Shown: piece after piece, positions 10,345 through 21,257 of the stretch | Layout: every line of letters starts with the position of its first letter | How positions within the stretch are numbered: position 1 is the first letter of the stretch | DNA from: Psammoneis japonica | Lineage: Eukaryota | Direction of reading: 5' to 3' | Assembly (NCBI GenBank): GCA_008632985.1 | Contig: QPGO01000106.1 | Coordinates: 124,001-188,000, forward strand | DNA length: 64,000 nucleotides | Program-made: the position numbers and the translations under genes | The notes under the pieces: generated by a model | Told to the model about the DNA's origin: nothing | The model's database searches: none | Seen by the model: only the letters and a program-made list of their open reading frames with translations

Positions 10345-12689
10345 AGATGCAAAGCCAAGATCTTGCAGAATTTCAAAAGCTGAAGAAGCCATGAATCCTT
10401 TTTTTCAAAATCAAAACATGCAATGCCAAGCATGATGCAGGCATCAACAGCATCCAGATTCCCCAGAACCCCGCTGTGAATCCCAAAGAGCAAACTGGTG
10501 GCTGTGTTGCCATCAACATGCTGGAAGATGTTGCAAGCATTTCAGTCAATCTCAAGGAACTCCTCTCCAACAGCTCCTCTTTTTGTCAGTCAATCAAACC
10601 ATGAAGGCAATGCCATCATGACTGACCTCATCCTTGGCGGGGTGACTGCGAGAGAACAATTTCTCTTTGAGTGAGGCCACCAATCTCATTGTGTGTCCAC
10701 CACTTGAAACATCAGTCTCCTGTGCTTGCATCCCCACTCCTGACCAAATTGGATTTGGAGAGAAAAATCAAGCTACAGCAAGAGCCCACTTTGGCATCAA
10801 TTCATTCTGGGCTTTGCTTGGAACACTGTTGGAAGGCAGTGCATGCTCCACACATGTGTGCTCCACTGCTTCCGTGTCAGATGCCAATCCTGCAACACAG
10901 CAACACAGTGTGAGGCCTTGGACAGCACAGCACTCATTGACTTGCATTCCTCTGAAATTGTTGAGCTGCACTCTGTGCTGGGGTCATTTGTGCAGACTGC
11001 GAGTGACTCACATTCATGAAGTGGACACTTTCAACTCATCTCAAGTGTCATGTGGTGCTCTTTGGCAGAGAACACAGAGCATCACAGTGTGTGCAACCCT
11101 GGGATTTGTGGCACTCACCATTTAAATGCAGCAGGCACACCTGCCTGTTTTGAAGAACTCATGCTGGAGATCAGCTGCATGACTCAGAAAATGGCAGCTG
11201 TTCACAGAGAGTTGCAGCAATGGCATGTCTTGAGAGAGGATTGCCCAAGTTGCAAATTCTGCCTTGTGTGGTGGTGCACACCATTGGTTGAAAACAGCTC
11301 TTGTCCTTTCCCACTCATTTCACTCCAACTTGCGTGATCATCCCATCTGCGGCACACCAGCCAGGGCAGCAGAAATTTCCCCTTTTGTTGGAACCAGATT
11401 CGAGACAGTCTGCTTGATGTCTTCAATGAGCATGCTCAAGGTGCTTTCTTTTTGAGTTGCCTGATCATGCATCATCATCATGGCTGTGCATCCAAGGATG
11501 TGTTGATGATGCCTCAAAACAAGCCAATGATTTTTGTGTGCCCCCTCAACCCTCCTCAGTGTTGGAGTTGTCTTTCCACATGCAGGGGGAGACAGCCAAC
11601 TTTGTTGGTGTGTGACCTTTTGAGTGCAGCAGGTCATGAGCTTGAATTGACAAAATGCCTCTTTTGTGTCATTGAGTGGACATTTGCTGAAGATGGTGAG
11701 CTGCACCTGCAACCATGCAACAACAAGATTGACATCAAAATGTGCTCCACAGACCACTCCTTCAAGGGATCAAGCAATCAGCTGCACACTTGCTCTTCCC
11801 ACAAGACCCTTGGCCCCATCACAAAGCCCCTGCTGGCACTCAGATGACTCAGTTTTTTGGGCCTGAAGAAAAGTGCCAATGGTGTGGCAAATTTTCTCCT
11901 GTCATGCCCCCTCAATTGAAGTCAGGCATGGAATCATCATTTTGCCTGCTGCTTGTCTTTGATTGTGCGTGTCCTGCCAAATGCTCATTTCTTGATTGAG
12001 GAGCTGCAGCCAGGAAGTGCAGTGCAAGGGCATGCAGCAATCTTTGCCCAGTGTGAGTGTGACCAAAAAACATGGGATGATGGTGGAGTGTTTTCTGCAG
12101 ATCCTGTTCCCTTGGTGGTGGCAGTTTTTGGTCTCCTTGGGCATCAAACAAGATGTGGCGCAGCTTGCGCAGTTCCTCCAACAATTGTGTGGGGCTGGAC
12201 AACCTCACATTTTGCATCACATTGCAATCTCTTGTTCAACACAGTTTCATTTGGGGACCCACACTGGCTTTCTGCAAGATGTTTGCTCCAAGTTGCCCCG
12301 TGCAGAATCAAAATGGTTCATGTCACTTTGCTCTTTTCTTGCAGGAGTGAGTCGTGCATGCATCAACTTTGACAATGCCAGTGTCCTCCTCTTGCAGTGG
12401 GACAATGGCCAGTGCATCATTTGTGTGGTGCTGGAATTTGGTGTTTTGTTGCAGCCATTCAGGGGTGTGATGGGCAAACTGTTGTCAGCTGTTCCTTTGT
12501 GTTCTCGCTGTTGCAGATGTCATGCTGCTTCCCAGCGGGTTGTCCCTCCACCACCACAAGCTTGGTGACAGCCACTCTCTTCTCAGCAGCTCCTCTGCTT
12601 TGAGTCAAATTGAAGAGGTGTGTCCCTCTTTCTGTGCATCTTGTGCAGCCGGCAGTTTTTGATCCATTCCTGACTTGGAAAGCTTTCGG

Positions 12690-13180
12690 GTGACATTTCT
12701 GCCACATGGTGCAACCAAAGGACCAAATGTCAGCATGATGGCCTTTTGCAAGGTGAGCAATTGCGCCTCTCAAAACCATTTCTGGTGCAAAGAAGCCAGG
12801 GGTTCTGCCCCAAAACCCATGGATGCAGACGACTTTGCTCACTTTGTCCAAACTCTGGGCACACCAACCCTTGACATTGTTGCAAGTGATGTTGCTGACA
12901 CAACACAGCATCTTTGAAAGGATGGCATTTTTGGTTTCAGATTGTCCATGTGAGTGACTCTGTTGGAATGAAGATGCACAGACAAGAGGCTCAAGAACAC
13001 CCAAAGCAATTTCCTTGAGATGCATGTCACCACAATCATGTGTGCAATGCTCACAAAACTGTTGCAGATCCAAGTGACTTTGTGAAAAGCCACAATGTTG
13101 GGGTGAATTGCAGTTTTCAGTGTGCTGGTTTTGCTCTTGATGCACTCAAGCTGAAGGCAGTTTCTTGATTGCAAATTTCT
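12690..13180 (-). pseudogene. Ser/Thr protein kinase relic
   Basis: Across shifted frames, in the correct subdomain order: IHPNIVAFH, LHSNRVTHMDNLKP (HRDLKP-like), GRTPGFFAPE and ADIWSFGC. Confidence 0.75.
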
Positions 13181-14048
13181 CTTGGGTGTTGAAATGGATG
13201 CTGACATGAACTTGGGAGCAGAACCAGGCACCCATCACTTTCCCAATCTTGTGGTGTCCAAGGTGCTGTGGGTTTCTCTGATGCCACAGTTGATGGGCCC
13301 AACTGCAGCACTGTTCATTTTGTCAGTGGCAAAGAGGCATTGCAGAGCTGCACTTGCTTTTTTTGTTGTTTTCCCTTTTGCTTTTCCTGATGCTCCTGTT
13401 TGTTCTGCCTCTGTTTGCACACTTCAAGTTCCTTGACAGCTTTGACAAGCTTTTGTTCAATCCTCCACTTGGTTGCCATGGTGTCAACTCTGTCTTGGTG
13501 AGCTTGTTCAACAGTGTTGCTGAGTTCTTGGCCCAGCTCTTCCTGTGGTGCTTTTCTCTTGTTGTCCTCCTGCAGTGAGGATGGAGTTGCAATCAACTTG
13601 TTTGGAAGGTTGGACCTGAACTCCTTTCCATTCCATTCTGAAGATCACCTCCTTTTGACAAAGGCAGATGGTCTGTGCCGAGGCATTCCTTGCGAGGACA
13701 TGGTTTGCTCAATGCACGTCCATGGTGGTGAGCAGGTGAGTGCGCATTCATGGTGACAACCGTTTTTGTCAAAAGTGCAAAAGGAGTTGATGTTGGTTCC
13801 CTTGATTGTGAGCCTCGCAAGCCCCTCAGGAATGTGGTTGCACAGTGCGGTTGGCATGAGGGAAATCTTTCGTCAGCATTTCTCCCAGTGGTTCGCGGTG
13901 AGCCATGAGTTCGGATTTTGTTTGTGGGAGTTTTCGAAATGCTTTGTCAGAGTGTTTTTTTTTTTTGAAATTTTGTTGGGTCAGTGCAAACTCACTGTAG
14001 AACGTGCCTGCCGGCCAACAATGCCGCATGAAACATTGGTGCTTTATC

Positions 14049-15800
14049 TCACTGGTTCGTGTGACGTGAAAGAATGTGCAAGATGGTGCAAAGTTTGCAT
14101 TGCAGCAATTCAATGTCTTTGTCACTCATGTGCCTGACAAATTCAAAAGCAGGAAGCATCCTTTCGCTGTTCACATCTTCTGTCGGCGTGTGCAACGGCA
14201 TGCTTGGCAGTTCTTCCAACTGTTTCGCTGGTTCACACAGCACTTCCGATGTCATGTTTGTCTTGATGTCAAGAAGCTTCTGGAGCTTCGACACATTGTG
14301 CTGGCTCACATTGTCCTTGCTTCCTTTGGCCAAGATGCTAAATTTCCAACCATCATCCGTGGCACACGAAAGAAGAGCCAACACTGATCCAGTCTTATCT
14401 TGAAGCTTGCTTTCGGGTTTGACCATGCTGCAAATGGCAAAGTCGTGGCCCGTCGTGGGATTTGTGAGTTTGCACAGAATTCGAGAGCAGCAAGCAGCCA
14501 TCTCTTGTCCAGAATGGCAATTGACGACAAAGGCAATGTGCTGAACATTGGCCGACACGGTTGGAAGGGACATCAGAATGCTTTCGTCAGTGTGAAAGAA
14601 CAGTTCTCATCTCTGCGGCTGTCTCCACAGTGCTGAACAGCTTTGTCCCTGGAAACAAATTGACGAAAGGATGTGATCTCAATGTCCTTCAGACATTTGT
14701 CCAGACAAATGGCGCTCAAGTCCAAATCAACTTCTTTCGAGGAGACGGTCCATGCCGCAGCAAACTTGATGGATTGAGTTGACTCAGGAACACAGTCATT
14801 GAGCAACATGGACCTGCCTGGCCCCACAACAGCCGAAGCCTCCCATGGTGGAAAAATGTCTTCCGTTGTCTGTGCATTCAAGTCGTGGGTGTAACTTTGG
14901 AGGTGCGGTGACAAACCTCCAAAATCGCGCATGTCTGGGTGGCTTTCGTCGACAACTTCCACTGCCCCAAACATCGAACAATTTCGACAAATCATGCGGA
15001 AAAGAACAATGGCAGTGGCATCAGCACCGCATGACTGAGGACGAATCTCGTGTGCGCTGCTGGCAGCACCGTTGGGAAAGAAGCATGCTCGAATGGGTGT
15101 CATTTGATCAAGGCTTGCGTCCCGAGAGAGTGCTGTTAGAACAAAATGACAGGCCAGGCACTCCTCAGCAGACGGGTTCCAGTCCTAGGTGGGACTCCGT
15201 GTGACATTGGGCCCGTAGAATTCTACGTGCGAGCTCCGTAGTACGCGAATTTAATTAATGGATATATTTATCTTCAACATCAAATAGACGGCCAAGTTTG
15301 TGGTACAATTATGCCTCTTGCCACTCGACTTTTTTGCAAATGCGCCTGCCCTACGCGATTCTTAAGACATTATAGAATCGCGCTGTAACAAAAAATGTCA
15401 AAAGTTGTTGGACGGATCGCTCAATAAGTGCACCGTAAAATGACAAAAAATATCGAAAAAATCACGTAGAAATCTACGTGCGCGACATACGACGTGATTC
15501 AAAAAACTGTCGATGTCACAGTTCAGTAGTGCGAGGTCCCACCTAGACCTGGAACGCGTCAGCAGCTTTCCGTAATTCAACAAGGCAGTCATGCCCAAAA
15601 CTGCTTTTGTCTTTGTCTTCTTTTTGGCACAGAATCACCCCTTCATCAATGGCTTGAGGGTTTCCGGAAAAGACCGAGTGCTTGAACATTGCCTTTCCGG
15701 CATGATCGACGGCAACGCAGCTTGCATCAACCTGCGGCATTGACATTCTTCCGATGATGACCCGGATTCCAGTCCCGCTTTGGGCACCACGACTCAACCA
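14049..15800 (-). pseudogene. Tandem TerD-domain protein relic interrupted by a MITE
   Basis: VDASCVAVD...SVFSGN and VDLDLSAICLD...VSRDKAVQHCGDSR resemble TerD repeats. Removing the MITE and one TSD copy restores the frame (...VELRKAA|EECLACHFVLT...MTPIRACFF). Confidence 0.7.
15171..15560. mobile_element. MITE-like non-autonomous DNA transposon, young unconverted copy
   Basis: Imperfect TIRs GACGGGTTCCAGTCCTAGGTGGGAC / GTCCCACCTAGACCTGGAACGCGTC and a 4-bp TSD AGCA (15167-15170, 15561-15564). Precise excision restores the host reading frame. Confidence 0.92.
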
Positions 15801-16099
15801 TTGGCACGCATGGCCACAATTTCACCACAAAAATGTGCTGTGATTCCTTTCAGTTCTCGTGTCAACCCAAAGCACTGGAATCAAGAATGTTCACAGTCAC
15901 AACTGACAGCCTTGAAAAGAGAGTGAGAAAAAATCGACCACGCGAGAGGGTGCATTGTGGTGATTGAGCGGGCTTTTCTCACAGTGAATTTGGTGTGTTT
16001 GACAGACACAAATTTTCAACCATGACAGAGAGCTGGTTGCTCAGAATGTGATCTTTCATCACCCATCACAGATGCTGATTTTTGTGCTGTGCTGAGGCC

Positions 16100-19000
16100 C
16101 GACCGACCCTCTCCCCGAACTCCTCAGAGAGACACTCCTTCCGTGTCAGACACTCTCCCCTGTTTGCTGCGAGAACATGCGACATTTGTCCCTGCCAAAT
16201 CCAAGCAACAAAAGCAGCCTGCTTTCCATTTTTAATTTTGTTGTCAATGTGTTTGTCAAACAAACCAAAGCTTTCCCACCAACCAAGCACCAAGTTGCAT
16301 GCCAGTGTGATCTTCTGAGCCTCTTCAGTGCTCTCATCATTGTTGCTTGGTTGGTCACCATCATCCTGACCCTTGCTTCTCCTCCCTCTTCTTCATCATC
16401 CTCGTCATTGCCTGGCAGCTCTGGCGTGGCTTGTGTTTTTGCTTCCTGCCTTCTGTGCAGGTTGCTTCCTGGCTGCCTCTCTCTCTTTCCCTTTTTTGCT
16501 TTTGTCCTTCTTGTTCCTGTGGCATTGCCCATCAAACTTCACAGCCATCTCACTGGCCCTGTTTGGGCCTCGCCACGCAGCTCACTCTGTTGATGCTCTC
16601 TGCTCTCCTTTGTCTCCCCATGACTCACACTGTGGCGGGGTTTGTGCAGACAGGATCTGGTGGCTGCTCTTCGTTCCAATCATCCTGCCCCCCCCATTGA
16701 ATTTTCCAAGCCTTCACTGCCTTGTGTCCCCACATCTCTTCCAGCAGCTCTCTGGAGGAGGCAGTTGCCACAGCCTGGATGCCCACTTTTGTAGAAAAAG
16801 CACCACAGAAACAGCGGCAGCAGAGAGGCTGCAGATTGCAGCATTTGAAGATTTGTTGGGCTTTTGGGGGGCACAGCAGCAATGAACACAGGAATTTGCC
16901 ACCAGCAAGTGCTTGAACAGGCTGCCAAACAACTTGGCTTGGGAGAGGAGGTCAACAATTGTCTGGCCAAGAGGACAAGGCACACTTCTTGATTCAGCCA
17001 TTGGATGGCCACTTGTGTTGCACTCCACTCATCAATTGAGGAAATGGCCTGCAATGACAAGCAAAACCTCTTTTCAAGTCCAGCACTCACAAAGGTCATT
17101 GTTTTGTTGCCAGGGCACTTGAGCCAGCACCAGTTGCTGCTTTGGCGTGGCACTGCCATTTTTGGTGGTGCCGACCCTGGCCAATTGCTGTGTGCTCCTG
17201 CCACACATTGTGTGCTGGGGGCTGGTGTTGGCTTGTTGCTCAAGTTGCAGGAGAGGACAGAAGTGCAGCAGCACCTTTAAATGCAGATTCTGGATTTTGC
17301 TTTAACTCTGGGACAATCACACCACTGGGGTCATGGCTGTCATCCTCCATCTCACATCTTGCCCTCTCCAAAACAGCACACCTGCCACTGAGCTGCAGGA
17401 GGTGGTGGTCAGTGATGATCAAAACAAAACCCAAAATCCGTTTTAAAGTGCTGCTGTGCTTCCACCCTGCAGCTCTGGCAACAAGCCAACTCACACTCCC
17501 AGCACACTGCACGCAGCAGGAGCACACAACACCTGGCCAGAATTGGCATTGCCGTCAGGTGATGCCATGCCAAAACAACTTGCAATGGCGCACATTCCTC
17601 TGGCAGCCAGATGCCAAGCTTTGTGCACACTTGACTTGACCGTGGCCAACCAATTGTGCAATCTTTGTGCAGAATGTGCAAGATGTTCATCAACTGAGCT
17701 TGACAAGTGTGACCTGTCTCTGGCTGGACAGTTGTCTGCCCCTTTTGAAGCAAATGGCTCAAACCTCCGCCTCAGCATCATGATGCTGGGAGGACTTCCT
17801 TGTTTTGGAGTCATGTCCATGCACATCATCATTGCGCATGTCCCACAACTCCCACCATTGAAACCAAACAAAGCCTCCAATTGTGGCTGCCCAATCCAAT
17901 CATTTTTCCTTTGTCAGACAGCAAGGGTTGACACACACTGGTGGATGACAGACAAATGTTGGTTGCACATGCAGGCATCATCCCACCCTCATCAGTGGAT
18001 TCATCTGGTGGCCACTCATTGACGCTGGAATCATCATCATCAACACCAGCAGAAGGAGCACACACAGGCAAGAGCTTTTTCCCTCCTGAGAAATGAAAGT
18101 GTGAGTTGATGGCTGCCTTGAAACCTGCCAAGAGAGGGGCCACAAAAGGGCAGGTGTGGTCACAATCATTCCTGCCAACTCCAGATTCATTCATGTGATC
18201 TGTCACACTGACCTTGAGAATCAACCTTTTGCCATCTGGATTTCTTTTGCCCAGCACCCAAGCATCATGTTCCAGTTTGCAAAGTTCTTCCCGCAGCTGC
18301 ATGAGCTTTGGAAGCTGTTCCTCTTGCATGATTTTTTGACAGTTGGCAAAGTTAGCCTGGTGCCCTCTGCAGCCTTTTCTGAGTCAAGAATCTCCTCCAT
18401 GGCACTCAGAAATTTGTTGTTGTCAGAAGCCAGCAATTTCGCTGGTGCAGCCATGCAAGATGAAAGGAATTTGGTTGCCATGTCAACATCGTTGGGCTCA
18501 GCGTGATGCACGATTCCATCCCTGCATTTTGAGCCAAGCAATTCACAGGTCTTGGCAGAATTTGCAACCAACAGGAGGTCACAGGAGGAGCCACTGCTAT
18601 GTTCCCACAAAAGAGCATCAAACACATTGCTTGTGCCATGCAGCAAAGTCTGCCACCCTCCTGGTTCTTGGTCCTCTTCCAAAAAATGGCAGCCATTGGC
18701 ACGCTCTGCCAAGGGACAGCAGAAAAGTTGACAGGTTGGAGACTTGGGGATCTGGCGGCCGTTGCTGTGATTTGCCCCCCCCCCCCCCCCCCCAATGGCG
18801 AACTTGTTGCTTGTCAGAGCAGAACTTGCTCCGGATTTTGTGCAGCCCCGGCTGGCCTGATGCAGATGGATGGCATTTTGGCTCAATGCAATTTTTGTGC
18901 AGCACCCTCCCAAGACCTTTTCTCCCATGTCCAGACCTTGTCAAGTGTTGTGAGAATTTGAGCATTGCAACAACAGTCAGAGTCAAATTCTGCCCGGACT

Positions 19001-19190
19001 TCTGCTTTTCTTAGAGCAGCAGCCTCAGCAATGGCCTTGGCCAGCATCCTGTTCAACTCATCTCCTTTTGTCAGATTCAATCCAGAGGTGGGAGATCCTG
19101 GAGGAACTGTTGGCCTGCCCATCGTGGGAGCTGCGGGGTGTCCTGCTGAACAATTTCCCACATCTGTGCTTCAAATCGCATTTTTTTGGT
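16100..19190 (-). pseudogene. Long decayed ORF of unidentified family
   Basis: Successive protein-like minus-strand fragments (e.g. LNRMLAKAIAEAAALRKAEVRAEF, KLMQLREELCKLEHDAWVLGK) ending in an acidic/basic tail. No family recognised. Confidence 0.4.
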
Positions 19191-20055
19191 GTCAAAGGCA
19201 GGAAATCAATCAAGCAAAGGTTGGGTCCTTGTTGTTGTTTCTTCTTCTCCTGTTACCAGCCGTGTTGATCAAAAAAGGCGCTGATGTTGTTGATGTTGGG
19301 CGCTGATCGCTGATGCTGTTTATGTCAGGGATCAATTCAGAGTGTCATTAAAGGACTCAAATCGTTTCTTTACTGGTGCAGTAAATGTCATTGTGGGGTG
19401 TGTGAACGTTAATGCGCATCTTAGTTTCAAAATTGCTACTGTAAGGTTATAATAATCGTCTTCTGGTATTTTAAGTTTGTACAGTTAGAGTAGGTGTGAA
19501 AAGTCAATAACCACAGGGAACAAAGAATGAGTTACTGTACTAGTGGTGAAGTAAACGAATGCAAAAGTACCAATGGCAGGCTTTGATCACCTTTATTTTG
19601 TGGCGAGCTCGTTTCGCCTGTATATTTGTGAGAAAGGACATGAAAGTAAGACCTAAAGTCGGAAGAAACGAATCTAACACCGTCGATGCACCGCGGCAAA
19701 GGCGATCGAATCATTGACACTGGTTTAACTCAACAAGGTGTAGGTGTTGCCTTCTAGCTCGTGACGGATAAAATTACACTCGCTTATTAGGCCTGTACAA
19801 CAACATAGATCGTCACAACGAAACAGAGAGGGCGCAGCATTTGAAACAGTCGATCAAACCACTTGTTTGTTGTACTTGTTTCTCAATCACTTATCTAGTT
19901 AGCATTTTGTTTATCCTGAAATTAGCACGACAATGTCAGACGCCAGACCGCGAGTTACGCCAGGCTTTAACCATCCGATTTTGCACAAGATCAACTCTGT
20001 GTTCGTCCAAAGCATACTTTCACGCGGTGTCTTTCCAAGGATTTTACTTTGTGGC

Positions 20056-20403
20056 TTATTCATCGTCGTCGTCTACAGCTGGGTTGGCATAGCCAATGAT
20101 GAATGCAGCAATCGCGGTTGCCACGCCAAACGCCGCCAAAATTGGGACAGCCAAAATAGCAGGAGAATTCATAAGGCCACCAAGTGCTTGAGTCAAGACC
20201 GACGTGGGATCGATAGGTTCAGCCGCAAGAGTAGTACTACTCGTAATCACATCCAGCATAGCTTGTGGGGGCAATGCGTTTGTCGGCGCCACACCACTTG
20301 ATCTTGATGCAAACGTTGGTGCCGGAGCAAAGGCGCTGGTGCATGCAAGCATGGCACAACATGCCGCCAACACAAGAAACGATCGCATTGATAAAGATAA
20401 CAT
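20056..20403 (-). CDS. Small plastid-targeted membrane protein
   Basis: Signal peptide followed by TSAFAP (ASAFAP-type motif), one hydrophobic helix and an acidic C-terminus. Confidence 0.8.
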   Translation of the reverse strand: MLSLSMRSFLVLAACCAMLACTSAFAPAPTFASRSSGVAPTNALPPQAMLDVITSSTTLAAEPIDPTSVLTQALGGLMNSPAILAVPILAAFGVATAIAAFIIGYANPAVDDDDE

Positions 20404-21257
20404 CGTGGTTTCCAATTCGTATAGAACAATGTCTCAACACCGTCAGCACACTATTACTGTATAATACCGGTAGAGCACTTAGCACACAATGCTTCTTTCG
20501 ATCTTCCGTGTTGCATGCACAGATTTGGCGCCGAACACGTCACAGGTCTTTTCCCGCGCGATTTTCGACTCTGCGCGAAAAAAGGGGCGCGCAACAACCA
20601 GGGGCGGCGCGGTGGGAGTGGAAGCCGTCATTGAGGAGCTATCAACGCAGCTTGACCACCTTCCTCAGTTCAAAACTATTCTTCCACCTACTTGTTTATC
20701 GACTTCTGCCAAAGCTTGTGGCAGCAGGGGTTTTCTCGCGTTTCGAGAACTGACTCTGGCTGCTAGAGACCGCCCCTGCCTGGGGATGATGAAGAAGAAA
20801 TGGAGCTGGGAGCTGTCCCGTGTTCTGTTTTGTCATAAAACAGGGCCTATGCCAACGAATATTTCACTTAGCAAATGATGTGATGCTGGGGAAGGTTGCT
20901 TGAAATTCATGAGAGTGGCGCCCTCCCGCCACAGTTACAAGTGCAGAGAGGGAATGAGAGTCCCGTCTGATCCCGTGAATCTTCCCAGTACATCCGCTCG
21001 TAGAACTTCACGCAGAAATTCAAATCGTGGCGAACCCACTAAAAAAATCGCATCTCCCCCCTCTCCCGCCTCTCTTGCTTTTTTTCTATTCTCGCGTCGC
21101 TTCACATCGCGAACGAACTGCCAGCACAAATCAGGAAGAGGTTGATGTTGTTTGAACGCACACCTTCCATTCTTCTATTCATAAGTCATCACCATTCTTT
21201 CTAATCAATATTCCTGTTTCGCAGCGGAGGTAATTCAGGCAAAGCCGAGCAGAAACA

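Larger units (their letters stand above)
9070..19300. other. TpA-depleted degenerate block 2 (MITEs, kinase and TerD pseudogenes, unidentified ORF relics)
   Basis: About 10 kb almost without TA, except the young MITE at 15171-15560. Boundaries are approximate. Confidence 0.9.

Noticed and set aside
1480..19300. Dozens of overlapping Cys/His-rich ORFs in all six frames (also 44200-51700)
   Set aside because: Loss of TpA removes TAA and TAG stops and Tyr codons, so long ORFs arise by composition alone. They are not metal-binding proteins.
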